Below, piece by piece: positions 40,201 through 63,350 of a DNA stretch of 64,000 nucleotides. Source of the DNA: Antedon mediterranea. Its lineage: Eukaryota > Animalia > Echinodermata. The DNA lies in assembly GCF_964355755.1 (NCBI RefSeq), contig NC_092670.1:4082201-4146200 (forward strand), given 5' to 3'. Every line of letters begins with the position of its first letter. Position 1 is the first letter of the stretch. Position numbers and translations under genes: made by a program. The notes under the pieces are model-generated. The model did not search any database. It saw only the letters and a program-made list of their open reading frames with translations, and had not been told where the DNA came from.

Positions 40201-43200
40201 CTACGTCACATGATGAAAACTATTTACAAATAACTTCCTCATTATCCTCCCAAATAATTAAATGTTCTGAATGTGCCACTGCATTATTTGGTAACTTGTA
40301 TTATTATATTATGCTTTTTTTATATTAATAGTATCACATGATATAATGTAATGAATCTGGATTGCGGTTGATAAGTGGTTCAATTCAGTCCCTTCAACAA
40401 ATAACAACACTTCCAATTCCCCGAGCTCTTTTGCAGTATATGTGAAAACACATTCTTACATGTGTACCGTAATAATCAGCGAGCTTCGGTCTTGAAAGGA
40501 GGGGTGGGTAACAATGACTTAACCATACAGCGATTTTTAATGGCCATTCAAACGAAGGGTTAAAAGTACATTAATTGTTCCATTTATAGTTCGTTTCTCT
40601 CACTCAATACCAAAACTAGACGATTCGTATATAGGGCTATTATGTAATTGTAATATAATTAGGTATGGATATAATGTAAGACTAACGCTGTTACTATAAA
40701 CAATAATCATTTAACCTTCTAATCAATGTATTGATTTATGCAGAATATGTAATTGTTTAGTTATACGAATCCACCAGGCTATGTTAAATGTAATGAAGTG
40801 CGCCACATTTTTTCGGAACCAAACACACAATATTTCCCATGTATCATAGGACAATTCCGTAATAGTAAAATACAGTGTCTGTATCGACATAAAAATGTTA
40901 ATCCATGCTTAGGTTATGGTATGGTGGATAATGTAACACGGTATTACGGTATTTCCTATGATACTGGGATAATACTGTATTGTCGTATGATATTTATAAA
41001 TAATATTTATTAATGGAAACACTTATTTATAATGAAGGCTTGTGATTTCGGATTAGAATAAACACGTGATCGGTTATCGCACTGTGCTCTGTCTAATATA
41101 TGTATTGATCTTAACTAACATGTGTAATTTGCATGAGTTCAAGATAGGTCATTCAAATTACGATAAGACATCATTAACAAATCCACTGAGTTATTACTAG
41201 GCATATTATACTATTACTGCGCCGCATTTCCAGAAAATAAATAATACATAAATACAGCATGCAAACCTCAAACACGGAAAATGTTAATTAGTTTTTCAGT
41301 TATTGTACTCTAATAGCATTTGACCTTTAATTTAATGTATGTACGTAGATACATAATTGCCTTATATGCATATATTAAACAATTACGTACGTACAAACGT
41401 ACAATCATTATATTCTTTCTGATTTTACATATTTTTCTTCTTTTAAATCTTCGAACAAGATACAGATAGATTTTGTTATATTATTGGTTACTGCTGTGTA
41501 ATGCGCCTGCTAAAAATGTTTAAAGAATATCAAAACGATAAGGATTAATTAATAGTATCAATCACAAATTACGTAATCATCAATATCGGGAATATTGTAG
41601 TTATACGCATTAAACATAAATAGATGAACCCGGTTTTATGAAATAGGCATATAGTAGGTAGTAGGTATAGCTCTTGTTATAACCTACTCATCTAACAAAG
41701 CTATTCACGTCGTATTCAATAAATGCACACTACACAACACAAAAAGCACAGACACAATGAATGTTGATTAAACAATTCATTATTAAATCCTACATTAATT
41801 ATGTTTAATTTGAAATAAAGACAATATACCCCATTGCGCATGCTCGTAATTAATCGCAATGCAGACTCCGCTCGAAATAGTTAATGTAATTAAAGGTGAA
41901 ATATTCAAACATCTGCATGACGCTCGCTCGCTCGCCTGTTTAAAACATAAATTCATCTAATGCACGTAATTTAAGGTCATGCGATATATAGTCAACACAG
42001 GATGAATATAATAATAATCTTTATAATAATAATAATAATAATAATAACACAAATTTAGTAGCCTTACCTCTGTTCTCATTTTTTGGAGGTCCCGTTTTAG
42101 TTGCTGCTTTACGCTGTCAGAATCTTCCATTCTCTTTCTGTACAACTGATTTTCCTCTTCTAGTTTGGTACGTTTTTCTTCGATCATTTCCAATTCTTGA
42201 TGTAGACGAACCGATACATCTTTGGCAACGAGAAGCTGCTGATTAAGGTCGCGTATGTGGTCGTTATTAGGGTCTCCATCTGCAAGGTCTGGCATTTTAC
42301 CTTTATTCTTATCATTGTTATCACTTTTTGGTATGCCATCCTCTTCTAATTTCTTCTCCGCTTTTCGTAACTTAAATTGCATGATCCTGCAATTTCTCGA
42401 CGCCTGTTCCAATTCCTTTTGGATCTCTCTGAAGTCGTTCACATCTCCCTCCCTAAATCGATCTTGCGACTCTTCTAACTCACTCATAAGTTCCACGTTC
42501 TTTTTTTCTAAGCTCGAATTAACATCAACTAAGTCATTAATTAGTAAACGAAAACATGCTAACTGGGCGTGTAATTCCTCCAGAAATGTCATAAATGATT
42601 CGTTTTCTTTAACATCGGTATTGTCAGCAAAATCTGCCAACCGATTTGTCAACGCATTATGTAAATCTTCCATATTTGATATCTGTTTCTTCATGTCGAT
42701 GTGCAATTTATTTTCTTTTTCATCGGCCATATCCTCATTAATCTCTTCTACACCATTTGATGTTTCATTAGAATCTAGCCGACTGACATTTGCATCTTCA
42801 CACTCAATACCTGGCTGTTTTTCTGCACCCCGAGTCACATCGTCATCTCCCCTCTCAATCACATTCGTGCCATCTTTTTCTAAATCATTATTACCAGCAT
42901 TAGTATTATGCTCAACAATATTCGCCTTGTCTTCTGCATCCCCCATCTCTGACTCAACAGTAGCCATCTTAGCCTCTATATCTTCATGTGAGTATTCGCA
43001 TGATACAGATCGAGTACTCACCTCGTCCACGCCTTTTTCGACGTCGACCCCTTGATCGTCGTCGTCGGAAGTGTCCGACAATATTATTCCTCTCTGCTTC
43101 GAAATTAACGGCGTAACGTGTATTTCAGTACTGTCACACAAAGCGTCATCTAAACTCTTGGATTTTGTTAGTATTGCATGTGGACTGTTTTTTCTCCTAC

Positions 43201-44257
43201 CGATGTAAGCGTTTATTTCATTGCTAGCCAGCAATATTGATTGCAATGCCCGACTATTCGACGGATGTGTTGAGGGTATTGTAGATGAATTACTACGTAA
43301 CACAGCGCGTTGATGGGCCTGGCATATTAATTCATCTTCACGTCGATCGTCTGTTCCATTCTCATACGAATCAATAGCGAGCTTACTCAAATCCCCATAC
43401 GTTGCATAAAGCGATTTATGCTGCCCTCTTTGTTCAAGCTTCGCCGTAAAAGCCGCTTCACGTGCTTGATTTCTCGTCTCTACTATCTTCCGCTCTTTTT
43501 CGTCGTCGTCGTCGTCTTCGTCGTCGGATAATATAGTATCATCATTTGCTTCATGTCTGTCGTATAATACTTTCTGTAGTGTTACTAAATCGTTCTTAAG
43601 CAAAGCGGGAAGCTCAATAGATCTTGAAAGACGTTCAACGAACTCAAAATCGTATTCCGTTCCGTCAAAATTGTCCAAGTATTCTACAATTCTATCTTCT
43701 TCTTCTTCATCGTACTGAATTGTTTGATTTACATCAACACCCACTAATAAAGATCTCGAATCTACGTCTCTATTTTCATTCAATAGAATCAAATGATTAA
43801 ATCCTATATTATAATCGTCACAAGTGTCAGCGGTAGAATCACTTACGGTCGGGTGCTCTTCTAAATCAGGTACTGATATATTCCGATGTTTTTCATTGCC
43901 ATTCACAGTGTTATTACACTTATTGTTCATAGAATTGCTTGAATAAATGTGGGGTTGTGAACTTCCGTTTGATTTAAGTCCGTCAAAACATGTTTCGACG
44001 TTATCGGTACCTGAAAACGAAGTAGGCCTACTCTTGCATTCTCGGTCGTTATCCCTGTATTCCAAGTGTGTAGGCCAACAACGACTATCTAGTAAAGTGC
44101 TATAGCCCTCGTCATCATTTGTAGGTAGGCCTATATTGCTATTCTGATCCCCTTCACATACAGCATATTTTGGTTCGCTATTATTAGTCCGGTCAGTTGG
44201 AATGTTATTTTCCTCTAGATAGGCCGATGGGTAACTGACATCATCACAGCTTGTCAT
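16281..44257 (-). CDS. MTCL1: SOGA/MTCL-family (microtubule cross-linking factor / SOGA1-3-like) coiled-coil protein; 19 core exons, about 2645 aa
   Basis: Exons in transcript order: 44257-42068, 36299-36231, 35767-35365, 35067-34504, 30691-30375, 29756-29577, 29277-29173, 27965-27777, 27251-27114, 26400-25429, 25010-24639, 24265-24098, 23876-23622, 23428-23249, 22507-22430, 21764-21603, 19676-19591, 19363-18136, 16562-16281. All are GT-AG and phase-consistent. Motifs ELEQASRNCRIMQFKLRKAE and LLVAKDVSVRLHQELEMIEEKR match the SOGA/MTCL conserved domain. Long coiled coils, a Ser/Pro-rich tail and C-terminal ETEV follow. The exact vertebrate paralogue cannot be assigned. Confidence 0.88.
17846..17930. 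repeat. Tandem duplication of about 42 bp
   Basis: AAACTAC(C/T)GAGTAGCCTATGTATACTGTATCAATATTATTTT x2. Confidence 0.85.
19442..19555. repeat. Tandem duplication of about 60 bp containing poly-C runs
   Basis: AACCTTAA..C-run..ACCAG.GTGACTTGC.TAAAC x2. Confidence 0.8.
26948..27093. mobile_element. Harbinger/PIF-like MITE family B
   Basis: TIRs AGCTCTGTCTACACTATCAAACT...AGTTTGATAGTGTAGACAGAGCT with TAA TSD on both sides. Confidence 0.85.
28760..29050. repeat. Degenerate minisatellite (GAGATGTGTACGATT-like, 17-22-bp units)
   Basis: More than 10 imperfect tandem copies are visible. Confidence 0.85.
31180..31590. repeat. Dispersed hairpin-containing repeat family (possibly Crypton-like)
   Basis: Imperfect long inverted repeat around AACGAGGCGGAGCCGAGTT and a CCAATCA-containing end; related segments at about 19885-20380, 20416-20465, 29790-30130 and 56260-56385. 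Confidence 0.45.
32894..33043. mobile_element. MITE family A-related copy
   Basis: TGCTTGGTTCCCAC...CTAGTGGGAACTAAGCA with the same ACGCAAC subterminal repeats; followed by TAA. Confidence 0.75.
34134..34205 (-). CDS. Candidate 72-nt cassette exon of the SOGA/MTCL gene (VSLINMLDNLQQTITKLTIRRFND)
   Basis: Pyrimidine-rich acceptor ...tttgatctattag and donor G|gtattt. Phase 1-1 matches the flanking exons, the frame is open, and hydrophobic residues are heptad-spaced. Confidence 0.55.
37877..37891 (-). CDS. Candidate 15-nt microexon (LYRKE) of the SOGA/MTCL gene
   Basis: Minus strand reads cttatttttctcttcacgcgtcag|TTATATCGCAAAGAA|gtaagt. Phase 0-0 fits between ...MRTE and VEILRR... Confidence 0.6.
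39847..40006. mobile_element. MITE family B copy
   Basis: Same TIRs and internal GGACATGATGATGTCATATC as 26948-27093. Confidence 0.85.
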
Positions 44258-45199
44258 CTTAATCAGCTCAGGTTAAACGTTCAAGTAGACAACTACAGTT
44301 TTACAGTGAGCAGCTTACTTGTTACCTCTCTTGGTATAATGATAACGGATCAGTCTTGAATGGATCTTCTTGGGATCAAGCAACAATTTTCGGAAACGAC
44401 TCTTAGGCCTAACTATTGGCATTTCAAGCGCCAAAATAACTTCCTCGAACTAATGCAATGCTTGCCAGTCTCATCGTCGTTCTCATTGTTGTCTTTCGGT
44501 GGTAACAGCTGAAATCCGATGTGTATTTTATGATCAAAAATCCCAGTCATGATCATTATTTCGGCTTCGGTTCACGACTAAAACAACGACACTCCATTCC
44601 ATCGCACTACATTAGCGAATGGTTGGAATAATTCAACGTCCAATTAAAATATACATAGTGAACAGTACGTTTACGGTCTATTTTTGCGTATGAAATTGAA
44701 CCAAGTGTCAACACATCGCCTAAAGGGCTTATTCGAGGGTTTTAAGTTGACAAAAGCCTATCACAGACCGGCTTAGCTGGTTAGACTGTAATCAATTCAC
44801 TAGCTTTCATTCCACAAATTCCAGAGTCTTTATTATAATACAGTCCGGTCGAGGTAAACAAAATACTAACTCCGACGTGCTTCTTCATCATTACTGTAGG
44901 TCTATATCAGTATGTTCCTGGCATGTGAGAGCCTCGATCGACTCTACTATATGTTTACATTTGCAAGTCATGTCGAAGAGTGAACTTTCTTACGAAGGAA
45001 TCTCTTCTTTCACGTTGAAATCAAAATTTGTTCAATTTCCCGTTCCGGAGTTTAAATCCCAGATAATCAGCATACGACGACAACTGTAGCTCTCTACTTT
45101 CTTTCTAATTGATTAACTATTTCGTATTTCTTTTTTGTCAGGATTTCTAGTGCTAAATATAAATATTTGTTCAGTGAGAATATCAATACTTGATAATTT

Positions 45200-46379
45200 G
45201 CTACAAGCGAAACGTTTAACAGCACTCCGTGTTCACATCACATCGATATGATTCAAACATAAAAGGTGTGATTGCACCTTTAAGCTTTGTCTACACTATC
45301 AAACTTTATGTGACAAAAATATGTGCCCATATATAGACATGATGACGTCATATCACTACCATATTTGTGCACATGACACTTTCTTTGTCAAACTAATTTG
45401 ATAGTTTAGACAGAGCTTTACAAAGAAAACATTATAAATATCTCATGTGTTTAAAGGCTCACTGTATACCTAATGAATCCAGTAATGCAGTAGGCCTACT
45501 GATTTTAATTAAGTTTGAATTGTAGGCCTATTCACTTTTTTATATCCTTTGAGCAGTTCAAATAATGCATCCTGTAGCCTAATCGTTTCGTTGAGACAGG
45601 TTTTTTTCTCTGAAGGAATAACCATCGAATCAGGATCGACAGAACTGGGTTCAAATGAGGCGTTGGGCCCCATTATTTTTTTGCAAAAATAATATATCAA
45701 TTTTTTGTGTAATGTCGAAAAAAATGTAAAAAGGGTATTATCGCAGGCACCCGCCTATGTCTCCAAAAATGGAAAATGATTGCAATAAAAATTATTTTAA
45801 AATTTGTTGATTAGTGAGTACGTTTGTCGGCGACTGGAAAATTAGAAATTGTGTTTACTGGAATATTATAAGGGGTCAGACCAGGGACGAACCTAGTCCG
45901 GAATATGTATAGTTTAGTATGATTATGTTTTGTTCTGGACAGTAGGCCGGATATGGACTTTGTTATGAATACAAATTGATGGTTTGATTGATTATATTGA
46001 TTGAAATAATTGATATTGACGATAATAAATTATTAAATAATTTCTTTTATTTTTTTAACTAGGCCTAGAATAAAGTATCATGAAAGAACAATAATTAAAA
46101 CTGTTACGTCAAAAATTCGAGCGGCTTTTTTTGTAAATAAATATAATTCTTGTTTTTATTTTGTATTTTATGTTGAAAGATTCACCTTTGTAATTAATAA
46201 ATAAATAAACATGTTTGTATCTAAACTGAAATCCGTTCATTCCACGAATTTTACACGTCTAGGTACGTCACGAATTCAATGTCAGTGGCGGCGCACTTCA
46301 CATTGGTATTGTTTTCTCTTGCGGCTCTGGTACCCTCGATCCTCCTCCTGTGTCACACAACATCTATCGAAAAAAGAAG
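45200..46379. promoter_or_regulatory. Putative divergent promoter region between the SOGA/MTCL gene and Pfk
   Basis: Head-to-head ATGs at 44257 (-) and 46380 (+); CRE-like TTACGTCA (46104) and TACGTCA (46264); CpG-richer sequence near 46250-46620. Confidence 0.45.
45283..45417. mobile_element. MITE family B copy in the divergent promoter region
   Basis: Same TIRs with few mismatches; TTA TSD on both sides. Confidence 0.85.
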
Positions 46380-57755
<11,376 letters not shown>

Positions 57756-58669
57756 GTAAGTTTTACATAAATTCCAATCAAATGTTTTGTTATTAGTGGA
57801 GAGTTACAAATTGAGCATTATGAATTAGAACTTTTATCTTATTCCCATTACCTATAATCTATGAGAATAATTTATGCTAATGAAGAATGTAATGGAATTT
57901 AAGTTAAGAAGCATGTAGAACGAGGTGCAATATTACATCAATACTGCCCTACAGTAAGTCAAATATAATAGTATATTAATTACGTTATACTGATATTTAT
58001 CACTTACCAACTCAATGTTTACAAACGTAAAAATAAATCATCTTCTCAAAAACAATTTACAAGAAGGCAGCAACTCAACAACTCCCACATAAAGATTGAT
58101 TTTGAAAATGTTTGTTTTTGTTTCTCTATGAAATGGATATGTAGGTAAAGTTCATTCTTAGAAAACTAAAAATTCACCGTACATTTCTCATTTGGCTTAA
58201 GGCACTTTGCAAGATGAAATTAACACATTTGGGTTTTCTGTCATGATTCTTCTATACATATGATAATATATCTCAACATGATCAGCGTAATAGTCAGTGG
58301 AAATCATATTTGAAATATTTTAGTAAGAAAGATCAGCATCATACACTATTTATAGTGTCTGTAGCTATCACAATCACACTAGTTACTCTCATCATGGAGG
58401 TATAAAGTGCTTTCATATGCATTCCAAATGTTATTTGAAATGACCGTTTATGTTGATACATTACGTTTTGTGCTGAAAAGGTCACCGGAAATTGCTAAAA
58501 ACACTGATTTTTCACACTATATTGGTCAAAACTTTGCTGATACTTATCCAACTTTTGTCGGGAAAAATCAAATTTGTTCAAAATAATGCTACGTAGTTTT
58601 TCCCACTTTTGATTGAAACGCAATCCACTTATGATAAAAATGTTCTTCAAACTACTCTTCATCGTATGT

Positions 58670-59803
58670 CAGTGGCGGATCTAGGGGGGGGGGTGAATAG
58701 GGTGGCTAGCCACCCCCCTTAATTCTCAAAAAAAAAAAAAAAAGATGCAAACTAATCGCTATTCACCGTCGCAAGACGTGGATTAATCTTTTAATTAAGA
58801 AGAGTAGGCCTAGCTAGGCCCTACTAGAGCTAGGGTTAGCATTAATAGTTGTGTGTATATAGGCCTACACAGTGAAAGAGCTAAGAGTTCAATTACTATT
58901 ATGAATTCAAGAGTTTAAAAAGAAAACACGATTTACAATCTTCGGAAAATACCCATTTTCAAAACACATGCACTCCTAAAACTACCAGCGTCACGTTGTC
59001 AAGCTCGCTCCTCGTGTGAATGCCGACGTCATCACTCTCCAAAATACACCATTTTCCATTGCAGTTAATTTCCGCCGCCCTGGTGTCGTGTGTGCAAGCG
59101 TTAGCATAGTATATTTACACCCCTGAGTGGCATGAGTGGAGTGTAATATCGGGAACTTTTTTCTCGCGCATGAAAGTTTTTTGTATAATATTATGGTATG
59201 CAGTATAAACAATAAAAATAAACGAGAAACATGGTGTTCTTTTATTATTTTATAGGCATAAAATAAACATGAAATGTCTTGTATGTACACGGGACGGCCG
59301 AAAAAAGTATGTGGCATATTTGGCGTTTTTTGATTTGTGTTATAGACACGGCTATTACTGCAATCATTGTATACAACATTGAGTTATTCACCCGGCTGTA
59401 GGGTATATATCTCTGAGGTTAACAGACCACCAAAACACGGTACACAACACCAGGGCTCACAACACATGCACTATCGAGGCATTTTCGGAGTACCGCATTA
59501 CCAAAATGTTCATTTTGTTTGAAAGTTTTTCAATCAAAGTTTATTATTAGTTTGTCGAAAAAGATCCGTACAATATTTAGGAAGGATTTATTTAAATTTA
59601 CATTATGTCATATTTGTTATTAAGTGTGATGAAAACAGTTTCTCTAGCCTATTAAACAGTGTGTAAACATCTATTTTTTCAAAAAAATTTCGGAGCCTCA
59701 CGAGGGGGACACCCCCTCCCAAACCCTCCCCCGCTCGGTGCTACGCACCTCGTTCGCCACTTTCGTGGCCACCCCCCTTCGTCAGATCCTAGATCCGCCA
59801 CTG
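58670..59803. mobile_element. 1.13-kb non-autonomous TIR DNA transposon (hAT-like termini) with a 5-bp TSD
   Basis: Perfect 16-bp TIR CAGTGGCGGATCTAGG / CCTAGATCCGCCACTG, flanked by TATGT on both sides; G/C-run subterminal regions. Confidence 0.8.
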
Positions 59804-61507
59804 TATGTGTACACTTTGCACATATTGATGGTTTTGTATTGCTATGTTTTTGAAAACAAATATTACTTGTTATATAAACACAAATACAGTAATTGACTCA
59901 CCATCAAGAACAATCCAAATTGCTGACATTAATTTGCCAGAGTACATTCAACAAAAAACTAGATATAATGCCTACCTGCCAAATAACACAAGACGGCTAG
60001 TGAATGGTGCAGTGGCAAGAACTGTCATTTTTTATCTTTAAAATTTGACCAGACTATCATTGCTAATACATCAGTTATCAGTGATTGATAATACGTTTCA
60101 ATTAATGAATTTATAACATTACTGATTTCTATTGATAACATTATCTTGATTTTTGTCATGCAGCACGTAATTGATTTTATGTCTTCCTTGTTTTTCATTC
60201 CTAAATGTCACCAATTCCCAAATGAATGGATACATATTATTTTGTAAGCTCTCAAACCTTTCTTACCTCAATTTTTCTTCATTATTATGTTTTGAAATTT
60301 CTTGCAAATGGTGATACCGTATTGTGAGATCTTATTAATATTCATAGCACAGTATTGCAACATAAAGTTGAACATTTTCAACTTGTATATTATACATAAA
60401 GTTAGACATTCAGAAATGGTTGGTGACAAAAATTATTGATGTTTTTGAATATATTTCAAGAGGTTAAAATTAAAAATGCAAATTTGTTTTACTTTTAAAT
60501 ATTGCCTAGTTCTATATTAAAAATGTTAAAGTACTATATTTATTGGATTAAAAACCCTGGGGCGTTTATTTGAGGGAGGTTTTTATTTGTTTTGGTGTAA
60601 TATTATAAATATTCAAATATGGTGAGGAGCTTGTTCGTTACAACCTACATTATATCATACCATTAACGCAAATGTAATTACGTATGGATAAAACAACATT
60701 ATAAAACTTATTTTCATCTAAAATGATATGTAAACTCACATAATATATATATTTCAATCTTGATCTTTTTTTGTAACTTGTTATATAGTGCCCTTATAGT
60801 TTTTGTGAATGGTGGACTAGATTCAAAGATGCTCCGGTTTTCTGGTTGTCTTAAACTAAGAATTTCATAAACATGCAAGCAACTATAGGCTTGGAAATAT
60901 ATTTTTATCTACAAAGTGTTAAAAAAAGTATAGAAAAAGCAAACGAAGCTCATGCTTGTGGTTCAACTTAAGCTTGCCAATTATCAAGGTTTAGTTTTTT
61001 ACCATACAGTATTTATCTGAGATAAGTTTTATTGGAAAAAGACCAAATTCATTTCAATTATGAACACATAATATTATTGAACATGTTAAGGTCAAGGTCA
61101 GATACATAATCAACCACTGGAATTCATTTTAAATCCTACTCTTTAAAGCAATACACATTTATTTATTTTTAATAACTACTACATTTTTACCCAGCCTCAA
61201 AAATTAAATGCATACAAATCTCATTCAGGTCCTAGACTCTATCAATGTGACAAGCTAGTATGACAAAATAGGAAAAAATCCTATATTCGGGTAGCCGTAT
61301 TAAAAACAATAGTGCAAATCAATCTTTCTATGCTATTTATGTTCGAGTGTCATAGGAAAAAAATACAGCAAGTTTTGAAGCGTGTTCTGCATTGATTAGA
61401 ATTTATTTTTCGTAGGGATAATTTTAAATACAGGTGTGTATATACCGGTAATTCATTTGATGCATGCTATTTTCATTTGACAAAAAGTTAACCCTATGCT
61501 TTTTGCA

Positions 61508-61613
61508 TTTTATTCGCGTTACACGCGACTCTACAGCTCACTATGTCGGTTGGTCGGTCGGTCGGTAAACACTAACTTGAGCACGCGACTGCAGTCATGT
61601 ATATGACCTTGTT
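61508..61613 (+). mobile_element. Helentron-associated non-autonomous element (HINE-like)
   Basis: T-run, then hairpin TCGCGT..ACGCGA with sub-TIR CACGCGACT, a (GGTC)n microsatellite, a second CACGCGACT, the hairpin GTCATGTATATGAC and a CTTGTT end. Confidence 0.7.
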
Positions 61614-62945
61614 AATTTAATGATGAATTATAGAATTTAAATTGTGTGCATGTTACATTACAATGTGCAACTTTTAACTAATACAATTCAGATAGATCTA
61701 TATGCTGGGATAACTTTTAAATGTCACTTTCATGCCTTTTGCTTTTTAATTTAATGATCAATCATAAAATTTAAATGCTGGCAAAGTTACAAAATGTTTT
61801 GTTTACAAACAAAACAATTCTTTACACAATGCTTGTCAACCACTGTCACTTTAAGTGTACATTAAAGTAGGAGGCTACAAATTACCAGCACCTTGGGCTT
61901 TTGCCAAACCACACCCTGGCTGGCAGGCACCACAATTCTACCATTTTAGTGTCATTCACTTGGGCCCATTTAGCCAAGAATTTATGGATTTAAATAAACT
62001 TCATAAAAACATAATTGTCATCTAATATGAGACTTGTTTTTTTTTTCTGGCCTGGTGCCAAAAGAGTATTTGGAATATCAATGTTTATTATGTTGGCTAT
62101 CTTTTCCAATTATTATATTAACTAGAGGGCACTTTAAAAGTGCATAACAATAATTTTTTTTAATTCATAAATCATGTCGTAAGACATCCACTAATCTTTT
62201 TCTGGTTATGGAGTTGTACGCTGTGTACGATATGACAACATAATTTTCCTTTATGTGCTTGATCATTTACTTACAGTATAAACTCATGTAGGTTTTGAAT
62301 GTGATAGCACAATGACAAATGGCGGCAGCTTGCAAAATGTTAGCCCTATTTTCAGTGTCGTAACAGCTAGGAGCACTCACTGGCTAAACCCAGCCTCCCA
62401 GCTTATGGGGACCCCTGAGTAGTGGCCAGAGAAAAAAAGACATTAAAATATGTCGAACTTAAAAGGCTAAAAATGCCACCGTTGGAGGGCCACTTAAGGT
62501 TCCTAAATCAGGGGCCTCTGCATTACTTTCACATTTACTTCTGGATAAATCAATGATGTTTTAAATTATGCGCAAAATAGAGTGTGGTACTTTTGAAATT
62601 ATCAATGCTACTAATGTCCAAGTTGTATTGCAAAACCAATAAACATCATAAGGCCTTATAATTTGAATATTTCTTAATAATTACCACTCATTGATATTGA
62701 GTGCCAGGCCTTATAATATTCTGATTCATTCCAAATCTAATATATTGCAGCTCAAGAAATATTATAAATTAATATGCGGTATATGCCGTGTTAATGTTAC
62801 CAATAATGGATTTATCTCGCGTATTTGTCTTATTTTGAATAATTGTGTTGTTAAAGATAATTCTATTGATCTCTTTTTTGACCGTTATAATTGTTTTTGC
62901 AATAAAATTAGTAAAATGGTATAACTTTGTTTTATATAGGTCTTA

Positions 62946-62976
<31 letters not shown>

Positions 62977-62978
<2 letters not shown>

Positions 62979-63350
62979 AAAATTTAAGTTTCAATATTAA
63001 CCACCATTTAAGTTGTTTTTTAGTCTCATTCCAAAATTGTTTATATCTCTACCAAGCTACCTTCTTTGTTTTCTACTCTTATTCAGACTCCACCCTGGCT
63101 CCCTTTGTTATATTTCTTTTATTCCTGTCCACCCAGGCAGCACTTGCCAGCTTTATACTATGACGTTATCCAAATTCCTTCACTTGCACTGATGAAGGGC
63201 TAGTGTTGCCCGAAAGCTCTGCTAACTTTTCTGGCTGTTTACTTTATCGTTTTGATTTAGCTTTTCGCTTTTTATTTTTGTATCTCCATTGAGATCCAGC
63301 CTCTGATACCCACAGCATTGTCATTTTTTTCAGTGATTTGCCTTTGGATT
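62977..63350 (+). mobile_element. 374-bp hammerhead-bearing element inserted in (TA)n; likely a Penelope-like pLTR or retrozyme monomer
   Basis: Bounded by (TA)n runs at 62948-62976 and 63351-63362; contains the hammerhead; no convincing coding ORF. Confidence 0.6.
63184..63225 (+). ncRNA. Minimal type-I hammerhead ribozyme (Penelope/retrozyme type)
   Basis: TTGCA-CTGATGA-A-GGGC-tagtgtt-GCCC-GAAA-GC-TC-TGCTAA. Core CUGAUGA 63189-63195; stem II GGGC/GCCC; GAAA 63212-63215; palindromic AGCU stem III; UC cleavage site at 63219; stem I GCA/UGC. Confidence 0.72.

Noticed and set aside
42255-43055. 266-aa Ser/Phe-rich plus-strand ORF
   Set aside because: Antisense to Glu/Lys-rich coiled-coil codons. 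The same applies to the ORFs at 25499, 25874, 27796, 29132, 34896 and 35433.
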